Origin: a virus | IMG/VR virus record: IMGVR_UViG_3300036770_005816 | Span: 69,215-133,214 of that record | DNA length: 64,000 bases | Strand: one strand, 5' to 3' | In this document: one piece after another, positions 56,738 through 64,000 of the stretch | How positions within the stretch are numbered: position 1 is the stretch's first letter | Layout of the letters: every line of letters starts with the position of its first letter | Notes under the pieces: model-generated | Seen by the model: only the letters and a program-made list of their open reading frames with translations | Told to the model about the DNA's origin: nothing | Databases searched by the model: none | Translations under genes and position numbers: made by a program

Positions 56738-58207
56738 CTATCCTCCGATAATGTCCATTGTGATTATTGCGGCGTTTCTCGTGTCTGTCATGACGTTTGC
56801 AGAAACAGCCGCAGGCACCCAAGCCGTACCGTTCCATTGTAGGAAATGACCGTTTGTCGGCGATGCAGCGGAAACGTCCGTCAAGTCGTCAAGGACTTGT
56901 GGAACGCTGTTGGCGGCGCCGACTTCCACCCACGAAGAGTCGTAATAAATGAACGTCTTTGCGGTCGTGGAGTTGAACCACATGTCGCCTTCTACTGGGT
57001 TGGAGGGCGCCGAGCCGCTAATGGCGATTCTTGAGCCTGCGCTAACGGCGCCTACTTCAATCCAGTAGGAATCAAAGTAGACGTAGGTTCTTCCCGTATC
57101 TGATTCGAACCACATGTCTCCTTCGGATGGGGATGCTGGTGCAGTCGTGGAAACAGTTATTGAAGAACTTGCGGCGATACCTGCAATAGGTGTGTTTACC
57201 CAGCCGCTTCCCCCATAGTAAAGAACGTCGCCTGTCGCAACATCAGTTATGGTGACATCAGATAGGTCATTCAACGGTCCGTTCGGACCTGTGGGACCAG
57301 TGGCACCAGCAGGACCTGTTGGACCTGTGGCGCCAGTTGCACCTGCTGGTCCTGTGGGTCCAGTGTCTCCTGTTGGTCCTGTTGCTCCAGTATCACCAGT
57401 CGCACCAGTTGGTCCTGTCGGACCCTCTACACCTGCGGGTCCAGTTGCGCCTTCAGCGCCTTCAGGACCAGTGGCACCAGCAGGACCTGTTGGACCTGTG
57501 GCGCCCACTGCGCCAGCGGCGCCGATTTCAATCCACGTTGAATCGTAATAAATGAATGTTTGTGTGGTGTCGGAATCGAACCACATTTCTCCTTGCACTG
57601 GAGATGCGGGAGCGCCAGAAGAAACTGTTACATATTGTTCTGGACCAGTGGCGCCCGTGGGTCCTGTGGCGCCCGTTGGACCTGTCGGACCAACGGCTCC
57701 AGTTGCCCCAACTGGTCCTGTTGCACCGACATCGCCTGTTGCCCCAGTTGGACCAACGGGTCCTGTTGCTCCTGTTTCCCCTTGGGGACCAGTTGCACCA
57801 GTGGCGCCAGTTTCACCAGTCTCTCCCTGTGGTCCTGTTGCCCCTGTCGGTCCAATCGGTCCTGTAGCGCCAACATCTCCTTGTGGTCCTGTAGCACCTG
57901 TCGGTCCAGTTGCGCCGACTTCACCCTGTGGTCCTGTTGCTCCAGTAGCGCCAGTGGCACCATCGGAGCCAACATATCCGTCTGCACCAGTCGGACCGGT
58001 AGCACCCGTAGGACCGGGAACGGTTGATGCCGCACCCGTTGCACCAGTGGGTCCAGTAGCGCCAGTCGGACCTGTCGGACCTGTTGGACCAGTCGGACCT
58101 ATCGGACCGTTACCGCTTTGCCACTTGCTGTCAATGAAAATCCACGTCTTGTCGCCGACGGTGTATACATCGTTCGGTGCGGGAGAGTTTGGAAAATCAA
58201 TCGCCAT
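56738..58207 (-). CDS. collagen-like fibre protein
   Basis: long Gly-X-Y runs (GPTGATG); three AP.SP..G.MWF.S.T..T..Y.DS.W.E repeats; IDFP N-terminus. Confidence 0.9.
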   Translation of the reverse strand: MAIDFPNSPAPNDVYTVGDKTWIFIDSKWQSGNGPIGPTGPTGPTGPTGATGPTGATGAASTVPGPTGATGPTGADGYVGSDGATGATGATGPQGEVGATGPTGATGPQGDVGATGPIGPTGATGPQGETGETGATGATGPQGETGATGPVGPTGATGDVGATGPVGATGAVGPTGPTGATGPTGATGPEQYVTVSSGAPASPVQGEMWFDSDTTQTFIYYDSTWIEIGAAGAVGATGPTGPAGATGPEGAEGATGPAGVEGPTGPTGATGDTGATGPTGDTGPTGPAGATGATGPTGPAGATGPTGPNGPLNDLSDVTITDVATGDVLYYGGSGWVNTPIAGIAASSSITVSTTAPASPSEGDMWFESDTGRTYVYFDSYWIEVGAVSAGSRIAISGSAPSNPVEGDMWFNSTTAKTFIYYDSSWVEVGAANSVPQVLDDLTDVSAASPTNGHFLQWNGTAWVPAAVSANVMTDTRNAAIITMDIIGG

Positions 58208-59475
58208 TATGCGACCACCAAACTTCCGCTAGAGGTGAATGTTCGGATGGTGTATTGACCAGATGTGGTTGCCGTGCCACCAGTTACAGTAAATCCGTTC
58301 GATTCTGCAGTTACATATCGGACAATGACAATACCAGAACCACCGGCACCGCCGTTGTTGGTATTTCCTGATGTTTGTGAACCGCCGCCTCCACCTCCAC
58401 CAGTGTTTGCTGTGCCAGCAGAACCAGCATTGTTGCCCGATGCTCCAGCGTTACCACCACCTCCAGAACCACCAGAACCGACTGGTCCAGAATTGTAAGA
58501 ACCGCCGCCACCGCCACCGCCACGAGTGACAGACGAACCAGTGATTAAGGAAGAAACTCCAGCGCCGCCATTGCCACCAGCACCGCCGCCACCTCCAGAC
58601 AAACCGCCTTTCACTCCAGCAGCACCAGCACCACCACCTCCGCCAGTCGGGTAATACGGTGCACTGTGAGTTCCATCTCCACCCGCAAAACCCTGATTAG
58701 CAGTTCCCGCTGCGCCTCCACCAGGGTCTCCGCCTCCGCCACCAGAACCCCCACCGATTCCTGAAGTATTTGCGTTTCCGCCACCACCGCCACCAGTTGA
58801 TACGATTCCGAAAGCAGAGGAATTTGTGCCGTTGGCTCCCTTGTTGGTGCCAGATGGTCCACCACCTGCACCACCTCCACCAACAGTGATTGTGTAAGAA
58901 CCTGGAGTTATTTGATAAACGGTTTCAGCAGTTGCTCCGCCGCCTGAATTTTCTCCGACCACAGACGAACGGTATCCTCCCGCTCCACCTCCAGAACCTC
59001 CACCTCCAGCCGTATTTCCACCGCCACCTCCGCCAGCAATAATAAGGTATTCAACGTTAAACCCGTTCGCATGTGTCGTTCCATTTGACCAAGCCGAACC
59101 CAGCCACACCTTCATTTTGTTCGTATCAGTCTCAAAAATTGCTTGACCAGTGAATGGTGAGCCAGGTCTTGTAGAAGATGTGCAAATCGTTATTGCCGAA
59201 ATAGCAGAATCAAGTTTTGCTTGGGTTACTGCGCCAGTGGCAATCTTTCCAGCGGTGACTGCGTTTGAGTCAATCTTTCCAGAGGTAACAGCCAGCGAGC
59301 CGATTTTGTCCGCCGTGACCGCTCCAGTTCCGATTTTGTCTGCCGTGATGCTTCCCGACCCGATGGATGCAGTCGGCGTGACCATGACCCATGCCACGCC
59401 GTCGTATTCCCACGTCTTGTCGCCGACCGAATAGACGTCGTTCGGTGCGGGAGAGTTCGGGAAATCAATCGGCAT
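58207..59475 (-). CDS. modular glycine-rich fibre protein
   Basis: IDFP module + VT..KI repeats + CTSSTRP module + Gly-rich domain. Confidence 0.8.
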   Translation of the reverse strand: MPIDFPNSPAPNDVYSVGDKTWEYDGVAWVMVTPTASIGSGSITADKIGTGAVTADKIGSLAVTSGKIDSNAVTAGKIATGAVTQAKLDSAISAITICTSSTRPGSPFTGQAIFETDTNKMKVWLGSAWSNGTTHANGFNVEYLIIAGGGGGGNTAGGGGSGGGAGGYRSSVVGENSGGGATAETVYQITPGSYTITVGGGGAGGGPSGTNKGANGTNSSAFGIVSTGGGGGGNANTSGIGGGSGGGGGDPGGGAAGTANQGFAGGDGTHSAPYYPTGGGGGAGAAGVKGGLSGGGGGAGGNGGAGVSSLITGSSVTRGGGGGGGSYNSGPVGSGGSGGGGNAGASGNNAGSAGTANTGGGGGGGSQTSGNTNNGGAGGSGIVIVRYVTAESNGFTVTGGTATTSGQYTIRTFTSSGSLVVA

Positions 59476-60707
59476 TACGCGACCACCAATTCAAAAGAGC
59501 CAGTTGCTGTAAATGAGTGAATCGTATATAAGCCAGAAGTGGTCTTTGTTCCTCCGATAATGTTCAACCCTGCTGCTGCCGATGTCGGATATCTGAGGAT
59601 TACGACACCAGAACCACCATTTAGTCCAACGCCACTGCTGTTCCATGTTGCGAAACCGCCACCGCCACCGCCAGTATTAGCGGTTCCATTTGTTGGATTT
59701 GTATTTGGTTCTATACCTTCACCACCAGCACCGCCACCTGCAGAGGCAGTTCCAATCGTTGCACCACCGCCACCGCCACCGCCACCGCGAGCGACTGCAG
59801 AGCCAGTAATACTCGACGTTACTCCAGCGCCACCCGTCCCTCCGACTGCGCTACTGGCTGCGCCTCCCGCCCCACCTGCGCCACCACCACCGCCACCTGA
59901 CGTGTTTTGGCTGCTTCCAGCACCGGTTCCAGAACCGCCAGCGTAACCCTGGTTGGCAGTTCCAGCCGCTCCAGAACCACCGTTTCTCGCTCCACCACCA
60001 GAACCACCAGTCGATGGTTCAAAATAAGCATTTATTGCTGTTGTGTATCCGCCACCCCCACCACCACCGTTGGAAGTGATTGTCGTTATGCCTTGTCCAG
60101 AAATAGAAGAACTTGAACCCGAATTATTTGTGTATGAAGTTCCATCTCCGCCCGCTCCGACAACAATTGTGTAACTTTTATCTGTTGTGAGTGTCAAAAG
60201 AGATTCCGCTGCTGCGCCACCACCAGAATTTTCTCCAACGACCGAACATCTGTAACCACCAGCACCTCCACCACCGCCAGAAGTTCCAGATGTTGTTGCC
60301 CTTCCACCGCCACCGCCACCGCCGATTATCAAATATTCAACATCAATCGATTCCGTTGACGAATGTGGCGTACCTCTTGACCATGCGTCGCCAAGCCACA
60401 CCTTCATTCTGTTTGTATCTGTTTCAAAAATTGCTTGACCAGTGAACGGCGAGCCAGGTCTTGTAGATGAAGTACAAATAGTTACTGCCGACAAAGTTGA
60501 CGCAAGTTTTGCTTCGGATACTGCTCCAGCCGCAATTTTCCCAGCAGTCACAGCGCCTGTTGCTATTTTTGCCTCAGTGATTGAAGCGTTCTCGACTACT
60601 TGGGGTACGGACACAAGCCCCCAGGATGTGCCGTTGAACATCCATGTCTTGTTGTTTGACTCAAACGTATCGTTTACGGCTGGGTCAGATGGGAAGTTTA
60701 TTGGCAT
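59475..60707 (-). CDS. modular glycine-rich fibre protein, paralog of 58207..59475
   Basis: same domain order; near-identical [21 protein letters not shown] segment. Confidence 0.8.
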   Translation of the reverse strand: MPINFPSDPAVNDTFESNNKTWMFNGTSWGLVSVPQVVENASITEAKIATGAVTAGKIAAGAVSEAKLASTLSAVTICTSSTRPGSPFTGQAIFETDTNRMKVWLGDAWSRGTPHSSTESIDVEYLIIGGGGGGGRATTSGTSGGGGGAGGYRCSVVGENSGGGAAAESLLTLTTDKSYTIVVGAGGDGTSYTNNSGSSSSISGQGITTITSNGGGGGGGYTTAINAYFEPSTGGSGGGARNGGSGAAGTANQGYAGGSGTGAGSSQNTSGGGGGGAGGAGGAASSAVGGTGGAGVTSSITGSAVARGGGGGGGGATIGTASAGGGAGGEGIEPNTNPTNGTANTGGGGGGFATWNSSGVGLNGGSGVVILRYPTSAAAGLNIIGGTKTTSGLYTIHSFTATGSFELVVA

Positions 60708-60833
60708 CTACAGACCCCAAAAATATTGGAATTATTGACACTCGTCACGGCTATGACGAACTGGACTCCTCAATTATGACACAAGCACGGTCACACGAAA
60801 CAAATGACTGACAAACCCAACGTATTTTTGTGG

Positions 60834-61157
60834 TTATTCTGCTTGATTTTGGGGAGTTATAAACTCATCTAATTCTTCATCATAGATGTCGCCGATTTGT
60901 GCGTACTGCCCCCTGAATGGTGTGCCCCCACCATAATGGCGGCTTTCACCGAAAACAAAACCCCGTGGATTAGTCTCAACATCAACCCAAATAATTTCCC
61001 TGTAGGTGTTGTACGAAGTTCTCCTGCAAACTTGTCCACGGAAATTGCCGTACCATTCTTCCCAATCGGTGACGCCCTCAGGTAAATCGTTTTCGTCTCT
61101 GCCAGTAATTACCTCAGTAACCACATTGTTTTCATCAAGGAATGCGTAATGTGCCAT
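60834..61157 (-). CDS. small fibre-associated protein (MAHYAFLDENN type)
   Basis: paralog of 50896..51156. Confidence 0.7.
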   Translation of the reverse strand: MAHYAFLDENNVVTEVITGRDENDLPEGVTDWEEWYGNFRGQVCRRTSYNTYREIIWVDVETNPRGFVFGESRHYGGGTPFRGQYAQIGDIYDEELDEFITPQNQAE

Positions 61158-61159
61158 AG

Positions 61160-62626
61160 TCAACTCGGAAGCGTGAAAGTACCTGTGCCAGCAGTGAATG
61201 TGTAACGCCTATATGTTACACCGCCGCTCGAATAAGTCGCCGTAGATGCAGTTAGCCCAGCACCAACAGTTCCCTGACCTATGTCTCGGTAACGAATTAT
61301 GACCACTCCTGAACCCCCAGAAGAACCTCCAGCAACCGCATAGGAACCACCACCACCACCGCTTCCAGTATTTGCTGCCCCAGCGGTTGATGCTGTACCG
61401 CCGACAAAAGACTTACCCCCAGCACCGTTTCCGCCCCCTCCAGCACCACCACCGCCTCCGCTAAGAGAACCTCCTTCCGCTTCTCCAGCAGCACCTCCAC
61501 CGCCACCGCCAGCGCGAGTTACTGATGAACCAGTAATTGAGGATGCACGACCTGGACCACCACCGCCGCCGCCTGCGTATCCTCCACCGCCACCGCCAGC
61601 AGCACCACCGCCACCGCCACCTGAACGCCAACGACCTGGGGCAAGGTCCACGTTAGAGCCACTGCCCCCCCCGTAACCCTGTCCAGAAGTTCCTGCACCA
61701 CCAGCACCGCCAACAACATCTGGTCCACCGCCACCAGAACCGCCACTTGCGCCAGAACCACCTCCAGCAGTAGACGTGATGGTATGAAAAACTGAGTTGC
61801 TTCCTGCGCCACCCACTGTGACTGTGTATGCAACTCCTGCGTTTAGATTTAGTGCCGCCTCTGCTGCTGCACCGCCGCCAGATGTTTCACCAACAACACT
61901 GCAACGGTATCCGCCTGCACCGCCGCCTCCTGCACCACCCCCCCCTGCACCACCAGCACCACCACCAGCGATAACCAAATACTCAACAACAACTGCAGTA
62001 GATACCGACAGACCTGCAGATTCGCTTCCATCCCCAGCAGCGGTAACGGCACGAAGTTTTATGACATACCCAGTTCCAGCAGTGAGTCCAGAAATGGTAA
62101 CTGGGCTTGTTGCGTCAGCAGGAGACAACGCTGTGTATGCACCATACGATGAGCCACCATTTGTTGACAAAGCGTATTTATAATTACTAATAGTTTCTCC
62201 ACCGCCAGTTGCTTGGCTGAATGAGAGAACAAATGAAGTAGTCGTAATTGAAGAGGCTGACAGACCAGTGGGTGCAGCGGCAAGGGTTTGAAAGTTAAAG
62301 GAAGTAGATGGTTCGCTGAATTGCCCAAGAAGCGTAGTTCTTAGTTGTGCTGAATATGCCTCATTTGATGTCAAACCGCTAATAGTGATTGGCGAAGTAA
62401 TGTCTGGTGGGGACAAGGCAATCCATGAACCATACGTTGAGCCACCGTTTGTCGAAAGACGATATTCAATGTTGCTCGGCGTATCACCAGAAGGAGCAGT
62501 AAACGAAACCGTTACCGAGGTCTCACCTGCAATGCTGGACATGTCGGTAGGGGGTTTAAGAACAATCCCCTTTGAAAAACCAAATCTTCTTGATGAACCA
62601 GAGTTAAAAGAATTGAAAATTGGCAT
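61160..62626 (-). CDS. two FN3-like repeats + glycine-rich domain protein
   Basis: duplicated PT......SF...NY.Y.LSTNGG..YG...ALSP.D.TSP.TISGLT. Confidence 0.8.
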   Translation of the reverse strand: MPIFNSFNSGSSRRFGFSKGIVLKPPTDMSSIAGETSVTVSFTAPSGDTPSNIEYRLSTNGGSTYGSWIALSPPDITSPITISGLTSNEAYSAQLRTTLLGQFSEPSTSFNFQTLAAAPTGLSASSITTTSFVLSFSQATGGGETISNYKYALSTNGGSSYGAYTALSPADATSPVTISGLTAGTGYVIKLRAVTAAGDGSESAGLSVSTAVVVEYLVIAGGGAGGAGGGGAGGGGAGGYRCSVVGETSGGGAAAEAALNLNAGVAYTVTVGGAGSNSVFHTITSTAGGGSGASGGSGGGGPDVVGGAGGAGTSGQGYGGGSGSNVDLAPGRWRSGGGGGGAAGGGGGGYAGGGGGGPGRASSITGSSVTRAGGGGGGAAGEAEGGSLSGGGGGAGGGGNGAGGKSFVGGTASTAGAANTGSGGGGGSYAVAGGSSGGSGVVIIRYRDIGQGTVGAGLTASTATYSSGGVTYRRYTFTAGTGTFTLPS

Positions 62627-62641
62627 ATGAGCCAGCCCCAA

Positions 62642-63727
62642 TTACGCGAATCTGGTTTGGCTTGCAAATACCGTAAATGTTGCGTCAGCCGTTTTAAGAA
62701 TGGTAAATGTGTAGGCATCTATAGAGTTTGCGTTGCCAGCAGCGGGGGCAGAGCCACCCTGCCACTTTGGTGACACTGAATTTCCATCAACTTGTACTGC
62801 CGTGACACGATACGGAGTTGAACCGTTCGTTGCGAGGAACGTAACCGTAGTCAACTGACCAGTTGCCAAGAACGAGTTCATGCTGACTGTGGAACTGCCT
62901 CGCAAATTCATCGTCCAGTCTGCCGTCGCGTTGCTCGTGTAATAGAGCGTCGGAGCAGTTTGCGCATCCATGTTGATGGTGCCAGTTGCGGCAGTTGCAG
63001 AAACAGATGCTGGCTCAATGACCGCAGTCGGTCTTAGAACAGAATCGTTTACCCAAGAAGTTCCGTTGTATCGAATAATGTCGCCAGACGCAACACTGGC
63101 AAAAGCGACATCTCCAAGATTGTCGAGTGTGGAAGTCTGCGTACTAACGTAACTTTCGGTTGCAATCGGCGAATAGTTGGTTCCGTCGTTCGTCAATTCC
63201 CAAACGTCGTTCGTCTCGTTCCAACGCAACAAGACGTTCGTGGAGGTTCCTCGTTCAACTTCAATTCCAGCGTTTTCTGTCGGGGAAGTGGTTACGTCGC
63301 TATTCAAAACGACGATGTTGTCGGCGACGCTCAGGGTGGCGGTATTGACCGTCGTTGTCGTTCCAGACACGGTCAAGTTTCCACTAACAGTTACATCATT
63401 GAAGGTTACGTCGCTCGTGGTCGCTACAGCCTGTCCTGCAACATTCACCCAAGCAGTGCCGTTCCACCTTAGGTAGTCCCCACTGGATGGCGACGGAGCA
63501 GTCACATTATTTATGTCATCAAGATTCAATACGACGACGCCAGTAATGCTATTGATGGAAGTTACGCCACCCTGGTATGCAAGGCTGTTCCAAGCAGTGG
63601 AACCATTACCAAGTTTCAATTTTCCAGTATCTGTTTCCCCACCCAATTCACCAGCGGCAAGGGTGGGATTTGAGGACGTCCAGTTGGCTGCGGTATCTCG
63701 CCTGATGAGTAGTCGTCTATAAGCCAT
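62642..63727 (-). CDS. tail fibre protein with Mtd/hyaluronidase-N-like module
   Basis: RRDTAANWT..NPTLAAGE.G.ETDTGK.K.G.G; GNLTVSGTTTTVNT; C-terminal W.GG.AP...N..D.Y.F. Confidence 0.8.
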   Translation of the reverse strand: MAYRRLLIRRDTAANWTSSNPTLAAGELGGETDTGKLKLGNGSTAWNSLAYQGGVTSINSITGVVVLNLDDINNVTAPSPSSGDYLRWNGTAWVNVAGQAVATTSDVTFNDVTVSGNLTVSGTTTTVNTATLSVADNIVVLNSDVTTSPTENAGIEVERGTSTNVLLRWNETNDVWELTNDGTNYSPIATESYVSTQTSTLDNLGDVAFASVASGDIIRYNGTSWVNDSVLRPTAVIEPASVSATAATGTINMDAQTAPTLYYTSNATADWTMNLRGSSTVSMNSFLATGQLTTVTFLATNGSTPYRVTAVQVDGNSVSPKWQGGSAPAAGNANSIDAYTFTILKTADATFTVFASQTRFA

Positions 63728-63899
63728 TGGCATTTCCTCCGTCATCAGTCATGGCGTAAACCGTGTCGGCATATCCGCCGTCACTGATGATTAAAGTATA
63801 CCTTTTCCAAGAGCCGCCAGAGTATTGCCAAGCCTTCCCAGCGGCAAAAAAGATGTCGTTTTCCGACGGAGTATTGGGGAAATCAATGATTGTGGACAT
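63717..63899 (-). CDS. small IDFP-module protein, paralog of 52677..52862
   Basis: IIDFP..P..ND.F....K.W.Y....W...DGG.A. Confidence 0.65.
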   Translation of the reverse strand: MSTIIDFPNTPSENDIFFAAGKAWQYSGGSWKRYTLIISDGGYADTVYAMTDDGGNANGL

Positions 63900-64000
63900 T
63901 ATGCGATGACCAAACTTCCACTAGAGGTGAAAGTGTGAACCGTGTAGGTCGTTGCGCCTGTTGGTCCGACGACCTTCGTACCACCAGTAATGGTTGCACC
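63899..64000 (-). CDS. 3' end of another glycine-rich domain gene (truncated by window edge)
   Basis: ...ITGGTKV...[15 protein letters not shown] matches the C-terminus of 58207..59475. Confidence 0.65.
   Translation of the reverse strand, partial: GATITGGTKVVGPTGATTYTVHTFTSSGSLVIA

Noticed and set aside
50896-64000. Diversity-generating retroelement (Mtd-like N-termini present)
   Set aside because: No reverse transcriptase is in the window, and the paired repeats differ mostly at synonymous positions rather than specifically at adenines.

Overview
This is a 64-kb segment of a large tailed dsDNA phage. The host is probably an actinobacterium, inferred from WhiB, an actinobacterial-style SSB, a proteasome-beta-like protein and Thr-rich exported proteins. 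No integrase, capsid, terminase, CRISPR array or transposase is visible. Layout: (1) about 1-14 kb, DNA-metabolism genes (ParB-like, RuvC, HNH, phosphoesterase, SSB, DUF932, SNF2/HARP helicase, LysM, lytic transglycosylase). (2) About 12.7-33.5 kb, a patchwork of small genes, many preceded by a repeated expression cassette: a TCACAC-N12/13-GTGCGTA promoter-like motif, then CTACTAG plus a covarying hairpin plus RBS. This region is punctuated by a strictly polar composite DNA element (AGTCCCGC...RCGGGACT...GACGGTGGCGGAAAGC) and includes a MoxR-AAA/VWA pair. (3) About 33-38 kb, a putative replication/regulatory hub with a sharp strand-composition switch, tRNA-Ile(UAU), WhiB, a proteasome-beta/HslV-like protein, an Mre11-like phosphoesterase and tRNA-Arg(UCU). 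(4) 38.7-41.4 kb, a lysis cassette with two endolysins. (5) A mucin-like membrane protein. (6) 44.3-50.9 kb, a largely opposite-strand, partly AT-richer module with three 2OG-Fe(II) oxygenases, a Skp1-type hydroxyproline GlcNAc-transferase-like gene, a GT4 and a Pro-repeat FN3 protein, which is a candidate proline-hydroxylation/O-glycosylation system. (7) 50.9-64 kb, a modular array of glycine-rich, collagen-like and fibre genes. All calls come from reading motifs by eye; no database search was run.
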